Positions 26,879 through 37,866 of a stretch of DNA of 42,229 bases are shown here, piece by piece. This DNA is from a virus (Duplodnaviria > Heunggongvirae > Uroviricota > Caudoviricetes), in IMG/VR virus record IMGVR_UViG_2718217897_000004; one strand, given 5' to 3'. The first letter of the stretch is position 1, and each line of letters opens with the position of its first letter. Made by a program: the position numbers and the translations under genes. The notes beneath the pieces are model-generated. The model worked only from the letters and a program-made list of their open reading frames with translations. It did no database searches and was not told where the DNA came from.

Positions 26879-27583
26879 ATGTCCTCTAATTTTGAACGTT
26901 CTCAGCAGACCAAAGTCATGATCTCGTCTGCACCGGTAACGGCAGAAACGCTGAGTTCTGCCAGTTTTCTTGAACTGAGCTGTACGATTAAAGAGGTTCA
27001 GTTTACCGCCGGGCAGAAACAGGATATTGATGTCACCACGCTGTGTTCTGTTGAGCAGGAAAATATTAACGGTCTTGGTGCCGCGTCAGAGATTTCCATG
27101 TCAGGCAACTTTTATCTGAATGCTGCCCAGAACGCGTTGCGCAGTGCCTATGACAATGACACCACGTATGGCTTTAAAGTTATTTTTCCGTCAGGCAACG
27201 GATTTACCTTTATGGCAGAGGTGCGTCAGCATACCTGGTCTGCAGGAACCAATGGAGTTGTGGCTGCAACGTTTTCCCTGCGCCTGAAAGGTAAACCTGT
27301 ACTGACGACAGAGCCACTGAAAGTGAAGGTCGATTTAAACAGCACGCTGCAGGTTTCTGTCGGAGCGAAACTCGAAATGGTGGTTGAGGCTGCCGGTGGT
27401 GTGCCGCCTTATTCTTATGTCTGGAAGAAAGGTGGTTCTCCTGTTTCCGGACAGACGGCGGCAACGTTCAGTAAGGCATCAGCAGCATCCGGTGATGCCG
27501 GTGCGTATACCTGCGAGATTTCTGATTCAGCAAGCCCGGTTAGCAAGGTGACCTCCACTTCCTGCACTGTTACCGTCAGTTAA
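26879..27583 (+). CDS. Major tail (tube) protein with C-terminal Ig-like domain
   Basis: 234 aa with AGGAG SD; C-terminal about 90 aa Ig-like segment; precedes the G/GT chaperone pair. Confidence 0.75.
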   Translation: MSSNFERSQQTKVMISSAPVTAETLSSASFLELSCTIKEVQFTAGQKQDIDVTTLCSVEQENINGLGAASEISMSGNFYLNAAQNALRSAYDNDTTYGFKVIFPSGNGFTFMAEVRQHTWSAGTNGVVAATFSLRLKGKPVLTTEPLKVKVDLNSTLQVSVGAKLEMVVEAAGGVPPYSYVWKKGGSPVSGQTAATFSKASAASGDAGAYTCEISDSASPVSKVTSTSCTVTVS

Positions 27584-27597
27584 TGAGGATAGATGTG

Positions 27598-27969
27598 ATG
27601 ACTAAAAATATCCGTAATCTGGCACTGGCAACGATGTCGGGGTTTCGCCATAAAACTGTTGATGTGCATGAATGGGAAGGGGCAACGGTTGTATTACGGG
27701 AACCTTCTGCAGAAGCCTGGTTGCGCTGGCAGGAGATCGTTAAAGCAAAAGATGATGAGACACCGTTATCCGTTGCGGAGCGCGCCCGCCGAAATCTGGA
27801 GGCAGATGTTGAACTGTTCATTGATGTTCTGTGTAATACCGGACTGCAACCTGTATTTTCAGAGGATGATCGTGAACAGGTGATTGCCGTGTATGGCCCG
27901 GTGCATGCGCGGCTTCTTCGGCAGTCTCTGGAACTGATCAGTGATGCCGGTGAGGTTAAAAAAAAGTAG
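27598..27969 (+). CDS. Tail assembly chaperone (lambda G-like)
   Basis: Frame ends ...GTT AAA AAA AAG TAG with a slippery A7G run just before the stop. Confidence 0.7.
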   Translation: MTKNIRNLALATMSGFRHKTVDVHEWEGATVVLREPSAEAWLRWQEIVKAKDDETPLSVAERARRNLEADVELFIDVLCNTGLQPVFSEDDREQVIAVYGPVHARLLRQSLELISDAGEVKKK

Positions 27970-27980
27970 CGCTTCCGGGG

Positions 27981-28271
27981 ATGCGTTTTCTGATGATGCT
28001 GGCGCTCAGGATGGGGCGCACATTGTCAGAGTTACGCCGGGAAATGTCCGCATCAGAAATCATGATGTGGGCAGAATTTGACAGGTTCAGCCCGCTGGGT
28101 GACGAGCGGGCTGATATCCGGGCTGCCCAGATAGTTTCTGCGGTTTACGGTGCGCAGGGTGTCAAAGTCCCACTGAATGATGCGCTTCTTCAGTGGGAGC
28201 ATGATTCAGAAGAAAATAAATGCGATGATCCATTTATTGGATTAGAGGTTGCTCTAATGTCTTCACTATAA
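27981..28271 (+). CDS. T-like extension of the tail assembly chaperone, reached by programmed -1 frameshift (GT fusion)
   Basis: Open frame in the -1 frame relative to G starting right after the slippery site; no independent SD. Confidence 0.55.
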   Translation: MRFLMMLALRMGRTLSELRREMSASEIMMWAEFDRFSPLGDERADIRAAQIVSAVYGAQGVKVPLNDALLQWEHDSEENKCDDPFIGLEVALMSSL

Positions 28272-28329
28272 GATAATTTTTTAATCGTTTTGAAATTGAA
28301 TGCTTAACTCAAAGTCAGGAGGATTAATC

Positions 28330-28671
28330 ATGAGAAAATCAGTGGTGACATTAGCTTGTTTGTTTTTTATTAGTGCATGTAAACCATCAGATAATTATGT
28401 TATTTCTTTAGGGGAAAACTTAGTTAAAGATAAGCTTATTGATCCTGATAGTGCAAAATTTAATTCTTTTTTTCATAAGTCAGGTGATTTATATGGTTAT
28501 GTTTGTGGGGATGTTAATTCAAAAAACACGTTTGGTGGATATACAGGGAAAAAGCCATATTTTGTTTATTTGGAAGTTGTGGATGGAAAAGTTAAGAGTC
28601 ATGGGACTGTAACAATTGTTAATGATCATGATCCAAGCAGTATGGAAAAATATAAGTTGTTTTGCCAATAA
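28330..28671 (+). CDS. Lipoprotein of unknown function (moron inside the tail operon)
   Basis: 113-aa frame from ATG 28330 with AGGAGG SD; signal peptide with lipobox FISAC; visibly AT-rich; own terminator (28686-28707). Confidence 0.6.
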   Translation: MRKSVVTLACLFFISACKPSDNYVISLGENLVKDKLIDPDSAKFNSFFHKSGDLYGYVCGDVNSKNTFGGYTGKKPYFVYLEVVDGKVKSHGTVTIVNDHDPSSMEKYKLFCQ

Positions 28672-28720
28672 TTATCATCTTAAAAAACCGCAGAAGCGGT
28701 TTTTTTATGGGGTAAAATAA

Positions 28721-31700
28721 ATGGCGACATTACGTGAACTGATTATTAAAATATCGGCAAACTCCCGGTCATTCCAGTCAGAGATCTCCCGGGCTTCGCG
28801 TATGGGGCAGGATTACTACCGCACCATGCAGAACGGAGGCCGACAGTCTGCTGCTGCATCCCGTGAAATGCGGCGTGCACTGGCAGAAGTGACGGATCAG
28901 ATAAATACAGCTAAATCTTCGGCACTGAATATGGCGGGGGCATTTGCCGGAGCTTTTGCTACCGGTCATCTTATTTCTCTCGCCGATGAGTGGAATTCAG
29001 TAAATGCCCGTCTGAAGCAGGCCTCACAGTCCAGTGATGATTTTCAGGCATCACAGCGTGAATTAATGGCGATCAGCCAGAGAACGGGGACGGCGTTTTC
29101 TGATAACGCCAGCCTTTTTGCCCGTTCTGCAGCTTCCATGCGGGAGTATGGTTACAGTTCTGAGGAGGTACTGAAAGTCACCGAGGCGATCTCCACGGGC
29201 CTGAAATTATCCGGTGCCAGTACAGCAGAAGCCAGTTCGGTGATCACGCAGTTCAGTCAGGCTCTGGCGCAGGGAGTGCTGCGTGGTGAAGAGTTTAACT
29301 CGGTGAATGAGAACGGCGATCGTGTTATTCGTGCGCTGGCTGCGGGAATGGGAGTTGCCCGTAAGGATCTGAAGGCCATGGCGGATAACGGAAAACTGAC
29401 CGCCGATAAGGTTGTTCCTGCACTGATTAGTCAGCTTGGGGCATTACGTGATGAATATGCGGCAATGCCTGATACGGTTTCATCCTCTGCAACCAAAGTT
29501 GAAAACGCCTTTATGGCCTGGGTTGGTGGTGCGAACGAGGCAAGCGGAGTGACGAAGACGCTCTCCGGTGTGCTGAATGGTATTGCAGGCAATATTGACA
29601 CCGTGGCAACCGCTGCCGGTGCTCTGGTTGCCGTCGGGGTAGCCCGATATTTTGGCAATATGGCGTCTTCTGCTGGTTCTGCAACTGCCGGGCTAATCAC
29701 TGCGGCCAGAAACGAAGTGGCTCTTGCGGAAGCGCAGCTCCGGGGGACGCAGATAGCAACAGCCAGGGCGCGTGCGGCAGTTTATCGTGCGCAACAGGCG
29801 GTTGCTGCTGCTCGCGGTACCGAAAGGCAGGCAGCCGCAGAATCGAAACTGGCTGCTGCCCAGGCGTCACTTACCCGTAATATTGCGGCCAGAACAGCGG
29901 CACAGACAACGCTGAATAATGTTACGTCAGTGGGGAGCCGTCTGTTAAGTGGTGCGCTGGGGTTGGTTGGTGGTGTGCCGGGACTCGTCATGTTGGGGGC
30001 GACGGCCTGGTACACGATGTATCAGAATCAGGAGCAGGCCAGAGAATCTGCACGCCAGTATGCCGCAACAATCGACGAAATTCGCCAGAAAACGTCGGCA
30101 ATGTCGCTTCCTGAAGCGTCAGATAATGAGGAAAAGACGCGGCAGGCACTGGAGGAACAAAATCGCCTGATTAGCGAACAGGAAGGAAAAATTCGCGGAC
30201 TGAAAAATCAAATTGCTGATTATCAACGCTGGCTTGATGAAAGTTCGCAGAGTGGTTCGGGTGCTGAAATCATCCTTAAAGGGCTTGCCGAAGCAACAAA
30301 TCAACTGGCAGTTGAACAGTCTCGCCTCACTCAAATGCAGGGCAAAGCGCAATCCATTCAGGATGTGCTTGCCGGGCTGGAGGAGCGACGAGTGGCGTTG
30401 ATCCGTCAACAGGCAGCGGAACAAAACAAAGCGTATCAGTCCCTGTTGATCATGAATGGGCAGCATACCGAGTTTAATCGCCTTCTCGGGCTTGGTAATG
30501 AATTACTTCAGCAGCGACAGGGGCTGGTGAATGTACCATTACGGCTGCCACAGGCAACCCTGGATGATAAACAGCAGACCGCACTGAATAACAGCAAGCG
30601 CGAACTGGCTCTGTCCCGCCTTAAGGGGGAAGCGCGTGAGCGTGCCCGACTGGGCTATGCTGCGGATGATCTCGGCTTTGTGGGGGAGGCATATCAGACA
30701 GCCAGACAGAATTATATCAATAACTCACTGGATGCCTGGCGAAATAACCAGGCAAATAAACCCAAAGCGCATAAAAAGACCGAAGCGGAAAAAACAGAAG
30801 ATATTTATAAACGGCTGATTAAACAGCAAAAAGAACAGATAGCACTGGCAGGGCAGAATACTGAACTGGCTAAGATGAAATATCAGGTCAGTCAGGGCGA
30901 ATTATCAACCCTGTCAGAAGCGCAGAAAAAAACGCTTTTACAGAATGCAGCACTCATCGACCAGAAAAAGATTCGTGAGCAGCTTGCCGCGTATGAAAGC
31001 AGTCTGGCGGACAGTAATGCCAGTGCCCGGGCATCTGACGACGCGCAGTTGCTGGGATATGGTGAAGGCTCACGGATGCGTGAACGACTCCAGGAAATGT
31101 GGAGTATCCGGCAGGCGTTTGAGCAGAAAAATAACGAGCTACTGAGACAGTATCAGGCCGGAGAAATTGAAGAAGCCCTGTGGAAACAGGAAAAATCGCT
31201 GAATGAGAAATATCTGGAAGAGCGTCTCAGCGATCAGCAGGATTATTATGCAAAGGCTGATGCTTTACGCAGTGACTGGAATGCCGGCCTCCAGGAGGGA
31301 CTGACGAACTGGGTAGACAGTGCCACCGATTATGCTTCGCAGGCGGCAGATGCTGTCGTTTCCACTATGGACGGGCTGGTATCAAATATTTCCGATGCAC
31401 TGGCCGGAAATGTTGTGGACTGGCGAAACTGGGGGAGTTCAATTTTCCAGGAAGTTTCAAAAATTCTGATGAACGCTGCCATCGTTAACGGGCTGAAGTC
31501 ACTTTCCAAAAGCATGTCCGGTGCCGGAGGATGGCTTGGTACGGTCGGCGACTGGCTTTCCGGTGCAGTGGCAAACGCAAAAGGTGGTGTTTACACATCG
31601 GCAAATCTGAGTGCTTACAGTAACACTATTGTGGATACACCGACGTATTTTGCTTTTGCGAAAGGTGCCGGGCTGATGGGCGAGGCCGGGCCTGAAGCTA

Positions 31701-31933
31701 TCATGCCACTGACACGGGCAGCGGACGGCTCTCTTGGGGTCAGAGCCATTGGCAATGTGAATGGTGGCGGGGGATTTGTTTATTCTCCCGTGTATCACAT
31801 CAGTATTCAGAATAAAGGGAGCAATGGCGAGATAGATACGCAGTCAGCCAGGGGGCTGGTGGATCTGATCGACAGCAGGGTTGTGTCAATTATGCAGTCA
31901 TCACGTCGGGACGGAGGATTATGCAGTGTCTGA
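28721..31933 (+). CDS. Tail tape-measure protein
   Basis: 1070-aa helix-rich, Ala/Gln-rich protein between chaperone and M/L/K/I/J. Confidence 0.88.
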   Translation: MATLRELIIKISANSRSFQSEISRASRMGQDYYRTMQNGGRQSAAASREMRRALAEVTDQINTAKSSALNMAGAFAGAFATGHLISLADEWNSVNARLKQASQSSDDFQASQRELMAISQRTGTAFSDNASLFARSAASMREYGYSSEEVLKVTEAISTGLKLSGASTAEASSVITQFSQALAQGVLRGEEFNSVNENGDRVIRALAAGMGVARKDLKAMADNGKLTADKVVPALISQLGALRDEYAAMPDTVSSSATKVENAFMAWVGGANEASGVTKTLSGVLNGIAGNIDTVATAAGALVAVGVARYFGNMASSAGSATAGLITAARNEVALAEAQLRGTQIATARARAAVYRAQQAVAAARGTERQAAAESKLAAAQASLTRNIAARTAAQTTLNNVTSVGSRLLSGALGLVGGVPGLVMLGATAWYTMYQNQEQARESARQYAATIDEIRQKTSAMSLPEASDNEEKTRQALEEQNRLISEQEGKIRGLKNQIADYQRWLDESSQSGSGAEIILKGLAEATNQLAVEQSRLTQMQGKAQSIQDVLAGLEERRVALIRQQAAEQNKAYQSLLIMNGQHTEFNRLLGLGNELLQQRQGLVNVPLRLPQATLDDKQQTALNNSKRELALSRLKGEARERARLGYAADDLGFVGEAYQTARQNYINNSLDAWRNNQANKPKAHKKTEAEKTEDIYKRLIKQQKEQIALAGQNTELAKMKYQVSQGELSTLSEAQKKTLLQNAALIDQKKIREQLAAYESSLADSNASARASDDAQLLGYGEGSRMRERLQEMWSIRQAFEQKNNELLRQYQAGEIEEALWKQEKSLNEKYLEERLSDQQDYYAKADALRSDWNAGLQEGLTNWVDSATDYASQAADAVVSTMDGLVSNISDALAGNVVDWRNWGSSIFQEVSKILMNAAIVNGLKSLSKSMSGAGGWLGTVGDWLSGAVANAKGGVYTSANLSAYSNTIVDTPTYFAFAKGAGLMGEAGPEAIMPLTRAADGSLGVRAIGNVNGGGGFVYSPVYHISIQNKGSNGEIDTQSARGLVDLIDSRVVSIMQSSRRDGGLCSV

Positions 31934-32267
31934 GTCTGAAGTTTTTAACTGGATCCCCCGCGAGGGGATGGAGACGACACGAAAGCCATCTGTTATTACA
32001 GTAAAGTTCGGTGACGGATATGAACAGCGACGGGCTGGTGGTCTGAATGCGGATCTGAAAACCTTTAAACCGGTATTTCGTGTCACAGATGAATATTCCC
32101 GCGCCGCGCTGGACAGTTTTTTATCCCGTCATGCCGGGATGCGTGCTTTTTTGTGGCGCCCGCCAAAACACAACAGGACTGTCAGGGTTGTCTGCAGGGA
32201 GTGGAGTACTTCGGATAATGCCATGTATACCGATTTTAACTGTACCTTTGAAGAGGTCACTCACTGA
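31926..32267 (+). CDS. Minor tail protein M
   Basis: GTG start with GGAGGA SD overlapping tape-measure stop; ...VKFGDGYEQRRAGGLNADLKTF... matches recalled lambda M. Confidence 0.8.
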   Translation: MSESEVFNWIPREGMETTRKPSVITVKFGDGYEQRRAGGLNADLKTFKPVFRVTDEYSRAALDSFLSRHAGMRAFLWRPPKHNRTVRVVCREWSTSDNAMYTDFNCTFEEVTH

Positions 32268-32965
32268 TGCAGGATATACAACAGGAAACACTGAATGAGT
32301 GTACAAAAGCGGAGCAATCCGCACTGGTCGTGCTCTGGGAAGTCGATCTGACCGAAGTCGGTGGCGAGCGTTATTTTTTCTGTAATGAGCAGAACGAAAA
32401 AGGTGAGTCAGTCACCTGGCAGGGGCGACAGTATCAGGCGTACCCTATTCAGGGAAGCGGCTTTGAGATGAACGGCAAAGGAGCCAGTGCAAGACCAACG
32501 CTGAAAGTCTCTAACCTGCACGGCATGGTCACCGGGATGGCGGAAGACCTGCAAAGTCTGGTCGGCGGAACGGTGGTCAGGCGTAAGGTTTACGCCCGTT
32601 TTCTGGATGCGGTGAACTTCGTCAACGGAAACAGTGACGCCGATCCGGAGCAGGAGGTGATCAGCCGCTGGCGCATCGAGCAGTGCAGCGAACTGAGCGC
32701 GGTCAGTGCCTCCTTTGTGTTGTCCACACCGACGGAAACGGATGGTGCCGTTTTTCCGGGGCGCATCATGCTGGCCAACACCTGCACCTGGACCTATCGC
32801 GGTGATGAGTGCGGTTATAATGGTCCGGCTGTCGCGGATGAATATGACCAGCCGACGTCCGATATCACGAAGGATAAATGCAGCAAATGCCTGAGTGGCT
32901 GTAAGTTTCGCAATAACGTCGGCAACTTTGGCGGCTTCCTTTCCATTAACAAACTTTCGCAGTAA
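32267..32965 (+). CDS. Minor tail protein L
   Basis: 232 aa with C-terminal Cys cluster (CGYNG...CSKCLSGCKF); lambda L-like. Confidence 0.88.
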   Translation: MQDIQQETLNECTKAEQSALVVLWEVDLTEVGGERYFFCNEQNEKGESVTWQGRQYQAYPIQGSGFEMNGKGASARPTLKVSNLHGMVTGMAEDLQSLVGGTVVRRKVYARFLDAVNFVNGNSDADPEQEVISRWRIEQCSELSAVSASFVLSTPTETDGAVFPGRIMLANTCTWTYRGDECGYNGPAVADEYDQPTSDITKDKCSKCLSGCKFRNNVGNFGGFLSINKLSQ

Positions 32966-32970
32966 ATCCC

Positions 32971-33714
32971 ATGACAGAGACAGAATCAGCGATTCTGGCG
33001 CACGCCCGGCGATGTGCGCCAGCGGAGTCGTGCGGCTTCGTGGTGAGAACGCCGGAGGGAGAAAGATATTTTCCCTGCGTGAATATCTCCGGTGAGCCGG
33101 AGGCGTATTTCCGGATGGCTCCGGAGGACTGGCTGCGGGCAGAAATGCAGGGTGAGATTGTGGCGCTGGTCCACAGTCACCCCGGTGGTCTGCCCTGGCT
33201 GAGTGAGGCCGATCGGCGGCTGCAGGTGCAGAGTGATTTGCCGTGGTGGCTGGTCTGCCGCGGGGCGATTCACAAGTTCCGCTGTGTGCCACATCTTACC
33301 GGGCGGCGCTTTGAGCACGGGGTGACGGACTGTTACACGCTGTTCCGGGATGCATACCATCTGGCGGGAATTGAGATGCCGGATTTTCATCGCGGAGATG
33401 ACTGGTGGCGTAACGGCCAGAATCTCTATCTTGACAATATGGAGGCGACTGGTTTTTACCGTGTCGCACTGACAGAGGCGCAGCCGGGCGATGTGCTGCT
33501 GTGCTGTTTTGGTTCATCGGTGCCGAATCATGCCGCCATTTACTGTGGTGATGGCGAGCTGCTGCACCATATTCCTGAACAACTGAGCAAACGAGAGAGG
33601 TATACCGACAAATGGCAGCGACGCACACACTCCCTCTGGCGTCACCGGGCATGGCACGCATCTGCCTTTACGGGGATTTACAACGATTTGGCCGCCGCAT
33701 CGACCTTCGTGTGA
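32971..33714 (+). CDS. Tail assembly protein K (JAB/MPN plus NlpC/P60-like)
   Basis: 247 aa; HSHP motif (VALVHSHPGG) and later Cys/His motif; lambda K-like. Confidence 0.88.
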   Translation: MTETESAILAHARRCAPAESCGFVVRTPEGERYFPCVNISGEPEAYFRMAPEDWLRAEMQGEIVALVHSHPGGLPWLSEADRRLQVQSDLPWWLVCRGAIHKFRCVPHLTGRRFEHGVTDCYTLFRDAYHLAGIEMPDFHRGDDWWRNGQNLYLDNMEATGFYRVALTEAQPGDVLLCCFGSSVPNHAAIYCGDGELLHHIPEQLSKRERYTDKWQRRTHSLWRHRAWHASAFTGIYNDLAAASTFV

Positions 33715-34259
33715 AAACGGGGGCTGAAGCCATCCGGGCGCTGGCCACGCAGCTTCCGTCGTTTCGCCAGAAACTGAATGAGGGCTGGTATCAGGTGCGC
33801 ATTGCCGGGCGTGATGCAGGCGAAAATGAATTATCTGCCCGTCTTAATGAGCCGCTGGAAAATGGTGCCGTGATTCACATCGTGCCGCGTATGGCGGGAG
33901 CTAAAAGTGGCGGTGTGTTTCAGGTGGTGCTGGGGGCGGCGCTGATTGCGGTGGCATGGTGGAGCCCTGTGGGCTGGCTGGGTGCTGCGGCTGTATCGGG
34001 CATGTATGCGGCAGGGGCCAGTATGATTCTGGGTGGTGTGGCCCAGATGCTGGCACCGAAAGCCAGGACGCCCACGGCAGCCAGTACAGATAACGGCAAA
34101 CAGAACACCTATTTCTCCTCACTGGATAACATGGTTGCTCAGGGCAATGTTCTGCCTGTTCTGTACGGTGAAATGCGTGTGGGGTCGCGGGTGGTTTCTC
34201 AGGAGATCAGCACGGCAGACGAAGGGGACGGTGGTCAGGTTGTGGTGATTGGTCGCTGA
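33612..34259 (+). CDS. Tail assembly protein I
   Basis: MAATHTLPLASPGMARICLYGDLQRFGRRIDLRVKTGAEAIRALATQLP... matches recalled lambda I; overlaps K 3' end as in lambda. Confidence 0.85.
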   Translation: MAATHTLPLASPGMARICLYGDLQRFGRRIDLRVKTGAEAIRALATQLPSFRQKLNEGWYQVRIAGRDAGENELSARLNEPLENGAVIHIVPRMAGAKSGGVFQVVLGAALIAVAWWSPVGWLGAAAVSGMYAAGASMILGGVAQMLAPKARTPTAASTDNGKQNTYFSSLDNMVAQGNVLPVLYGEMRVGSRVVSQEISTADEGDGGQVVVIGR

Positions 34260-34319
34260 TGCAAAATGTTTTATGTGAAACCGCCTCCGGGCGGTTTTGT
34301 CGTTTATGGAGCATGACGA

Positions 34320-37300
34320 ATGGGTAAAGGCAGCAGTAAGGGGCATACCCCGCGAGAAGCGAAGGACAACCTGAAATCCACGCAGTTGCTGAGTGTGATT
34401 GATGCCATCAGTGAAGGGCCGATTGAAGGTCCGGTGGATGGATTAAAAAGCGTGCTGCTGAACAGTACGCCGGTGCTGGACACTGAGGGGAATACCAACA
34501 TCTCCGGTGTCACAGTGGTGTTCCGGGCAGGTGAGCAGGAGCAGACTCCGCCGGAGGGATTTGAATCCTCCGGCTCCGAGACGGTGCTGGGTACGGAAGT
34601 GAAATACGACACGCCGATCACCCGCACCATCACGTCTGCAAACATCGACCGTCTGCGCTTTACCTTTGGTGTGCAGGCACTGGTGGAAACCACCTCAAAG
34701 GGTGACCGGAATCCGTCGGAAGTTCGCCTGCTGGTTCAGATACAACGTAACGGTGGCTGGGTGACGGAAAAAGACATCACCATTAAGGGCAAAACCACTT
34801 CGCAGTATCTGGCCTCGGTGGTGGTGGGTAACCTGCCGCCGCGCCCGTTTAATATCCGGATGCGCAGGATGACGCCGGACAGCACCACAGACCAGCTGCA
34901 GAACAAAACGCTCTGGTCGTCATACACCGAAATCATCGATGTGAAACAGTGCTACCCGAACACGGCACTGGTCGGCGTGCAGGTGGATTCGGAGCAGTTC
35001 GGCAGCCAGCAGGTGAGCCGTAATTATCATCTGCGCGGGCGCATTCTGCAGGTGCCGTCGAACTATAACCCGCAGACGCGGCAATACAGCGGTATCTGGG
35101 ACGGGACGTTTAAGCCAGCATACAGCAACAACATGGCCTGGTCTCTGTGGGATATGCTGACCCATCCGCGCTACGGCATGGGGAAACGTCTTGGTGCGGC
35201 GGATGTGGACAAATGGGCGCTGTATGTCATCGGCCAGCATTGCGATCAGTCGGTGCCGGACGGTTTTGGCGGCACGGAGCCGCGCATCACCTGTAATGCG
35301 TACCTGACCACACAGCGTAAGGCGTGGGATGTTCTCAGTGATTTCTGCTCGGCGATGCGCTGTATGCCGGTATGGAACGGACAGACGCTGACGTTCGTGC
35401 AGGACCGACCGTCGGATAAGGTGTGGACCTATAACCGCAGTAATGTGGTGATGCCGGATGATGGCGCGCCGTTCCGCTACAGCTTCAGCGCCCTGAAGGA
35501 CCGCCATAATGCCGTTGAGGTGAACTGGATTGACCCGAACAACGGCTGGGAGACGGCGACAGAGCTTGTTGAAGATACGCAGGCCATTGCCCGTTACGGT
35601 CGTAATGTTACGAAGATGGATGCCTTTGGCTGTACCAGCCGGGGGCAGGCACACCGCGCCGGGCTGTGGCTGATTAAAACGGAGCTGCTGGAGACGCAGA
35701 CCGTGGATTTCAGCGTCGGCGCAGAAGGGCTTCGCCATGTACCGGGCGATGTTATTGAAATCTGCGATGATGACTATGCCGGTATCAGCACCGGTGGTCG
35801 TGTGCTGGCGGTGAACAGCCAGACCCGGACGCTGACGCTCGACCGTGAAATCACGCTGCCATCCTCCGGTACCACGCTGATAAGCCTGGTTGACGGAAGT
35901 GGCAATCCGGTCAGCGTGGAGGTTCAGTCCGTCAACGACGGCGTGAAGGTAAAAGTGAGCCGTGTTCCTGAGGGTGTTGCTGAATACAGCGTATGGGGGC
36001 TGAAGCTGCCGACGCTGCGCCAGCGCCTGTTCCGCTGCGTGAGTATCCGTGAGAACGACGACGGCACGTATGCCATCACCGCCGTGCAGCATGTGCCGGA
36101 AAAAGAGGCCATCGTGGATAACGGGGCGCACTTTGACGGCGAACAGAGTGGCACGGTGAATGGTGTCACGCCGCCAGCGGTGCAGCACCTGACCGCAGAA
36201 GTCACTGCAGACAGCGGGGAATATCAGGTGCTGGCGCGATGGGACACACCGAAGGTGGTGAAGGGCGTGAGCTTCCTGCTCCGTCTGACCGTAACAGCGG
36301 ACGACGGCAGTGAGCGGCTGGTCAGCACGGCCCGGACGACGGAAACCACATACCGCTTCACGCAACTGGCGCTGGGGAACTACAGGCTGACAGTCCGGGC
36401 GGTAAATGCGTGGGGGCAGCAGGGCGATGCGGCGTCGGTATCGTTCCGGATTGCCGCACCGGCAGCACCGTCGAGGATTGAGCTGACGCCGGGCTATTTT
36501 CAGATAACCGCCACGCCGCATCTTGCGGTTTATGATCCGACGGTACAGTTTGAGTTCTGGTTCTCGGAAACGCGGATTACGGATATCAGGCAGGTTGAAA
36601 CCACAGCCCGCTATCTTGGCACGGCGCTGTACTGGATAGCCGCCAGTATCAATATCAAACCGGGCCATGATTATTATTTTTACATCCGCAGTGTGAACAC
36701 CGTTGGCAAATCGGCATTTGTGGAGGCTGTTGGCCAGCCGAGTGATGATGCATCCGGCTATCTGGATTTTTTCAAAGGAGAGATAGGGAAAAGCCATCTG
36801 GCTCAGGAGCTGTGGACGCAGATTGATAACGGTCAGCTTGCGCCTGACCTGGCTGAAATCAGGACGTCCATTACGGATGTCAGCAATGAAATCACGCAGA
36901 CCGTCAATAAGAAACTGGAAGACCAGAGTGCGGCAATTCAGCAGATACAGAAGGTTCAGGTTGATACAAATAATAACCTGAACAGCATGTGGGCTGTGAA
37001 GCTGCAGCAGATGCAGGACGGACGCCTTTATATCGCGGGTATTGGTGCCGGTATTGAGAATACCCCTGACGGTATGCAGAGTCAGGTGCTGCTGGCGGCG
37101 GACAGGATTGCGATGATTAATCCTGCGAATGGCAACACAAAGCCGATGTTTGTTGGTCAGGGCGATCAGATATTTATGAATGAAGTGTTCCTGAAATATC
37201 TGACGGCTCCCACCATTACCAGCGGCGGTAATCCTCCGGCATTTTCCCTGACACCGGACGGGCGGCTGACGGCAAAAAATGCCGATATCAGCGGTAACGT

Positions 37301-37799
37301 GAATGCGAACTCCGGGACGCTCAACAACGTCACGATTAACGAGAACTGCCGGGTTCTGGGAAAACTGTCCGCGAACCAGATTGAAGGCGATCTCGTTAAA
37401 ACAGTGGGCAAAGCTTTCCCCCGGGACTCCCGTGCACCGGAGCGGTGGCCATCAGGGACCATTACCGTCAGGGTTTATGACGATCAGCCGTTTGACCGGC
37501 AGATTGTTATTCCGGCGGTGGCATTCAGCGGCGCTAAACATGAGAGAGAGCATACTGATATTTACTCCTCATGCCGTCTGATAGTGCGGAAAAACGGTGC
37601 TGAAATTTATAACCGTACCGCGCTGGATAATACGCTGATTTACAGTGGCGTTATTGATATGCCTGCCGGTCACGGTCACATGACGCTGGAGTTTTCGGTG
37701 TCAGCATGGCTGGTAAATGACTGGTATCCCACAGCAAGTATCAGCGATTTGCTGGTTGTGGTGATGAAGAAAGCCACCGCAGGCATCAGTATCAGCTGA
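34320..37799 (+). CDS. Host specificity protein J (central tail fibre / tip attachment)
   Basis: 1159 aa beginning [37 protein letters not shown] as recalled for lambda J. Confidence 0.9.
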   Translation: MGKGSSKGHTPREAKDNLKSTQLLSVIDAISEGPIEGPVDGLKSVLLNSTPVLDTEGNTNISGVTVVFRAGEQEQTPPEGFESSGSETVLGTEVKYDTPITRTITSANIDRLRFTFGVQALVETTSKGDRNPSEVRLLVQIQRNGGWVTEKDITIKGKTTSQYLASVVVGNLPPRPFNIRMRRMTPDSTTDQLQNKTLWSSYTEIIDVKQCYPNTALVGVQVDSEQFGSQQVSRNYHLRGRILQVPSNYNPQTRQYSGIWDGTFKPAYSNNMAWSLWDMLTHPRYGMGKRLGAADVDKWALYVIGQHCDQSVPDGFGGTEPRITCNAYLTTQRKAWDVLSDFCSAMRCMPVWNGQTLTFVQDRPSDKVWTYNRSNVVMPDDGAPFRYSFSALKDRHNAVEVNWIDPNNGWETATELVEDTQAIARYGRNVTKMDAFGCTSRGQAHRAGLWLIKTELLETQTVDFSVGAEGLRHVPGDVIEICDDDYAGISTGGRVLAVNSQTRTLTLDREITLPSSGTTLISLVDGSGNPVSVEVQSVNDGVKVKVSRVPEGVAEYSVWGLKLPTLRQRLFRCVSIRENDDGTYAITAVQHVPEKEAIVDNGAHFDGEQSGTVNGVTPPAVQHLTAEVTADSGEYQVLARWDTPKVVKGVSFLLRLTVTADDGSERLVSTARTTETTYRFTQLALGNYRLTVRAVNAWGQQGDAASVSFRIAAPAAPSRIELTPGYFQITATPHLAVYDPTVQFEFWFSETRITDIRQVETTARYLGTALYWIAASINIKPGHDYYFYIRSVNTVGKSAFVEAVGQPSDDASGYLDFFKGEIGKSHLAQELWTQIDNGQLAPDLAEIRTSITDVSNEITQTVNKKLEDQSAAIQQIQKVQVDTNNNLNSMWAVKLQQMQDGRLYIAGIGAGIENTPDGMQSQVLLAADRIAMINPANGNTKPMFVGQGDQIFMNEVFLKYLTAPTITSGGNPPAFSLTPDGRLTAKNADISGNVNANSGTLNNVTINENCRVLGKLSANQIEGDLVKTVGKAFPRDSRAPERWPSGTITVRVYDDQPFDRQIVIPAVAFSGAKHEREHTDIYSSCRLIVRKNGAEIYNRTALDNTLIYSGVIDMPAGHGHMTLEFSVSAWLVNDWYPTASISDLLVVVMKKATAGISIS

Positions 37800-37866
37800 A
37801 TTTTATAACCCATATACGGGCGCCAGAAATGGCGCCTTTTTTATTGCAGAAAAGCGAGAGGTAATT

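Noticed and set aside
32408-33292. 294-aa minus-strand ORF
   Set aside because: Antisense across the L/K tail genes; Arg/Pro/Ala-rich shadow frame.
34920-36797. 625-aa ORF on the minus strand
   Set aside because: Lies entirely antisense within the J gene, is Arg/Pro/Gly-rich and lacks start signals; a shadow frame of GC-rich coding sequence.
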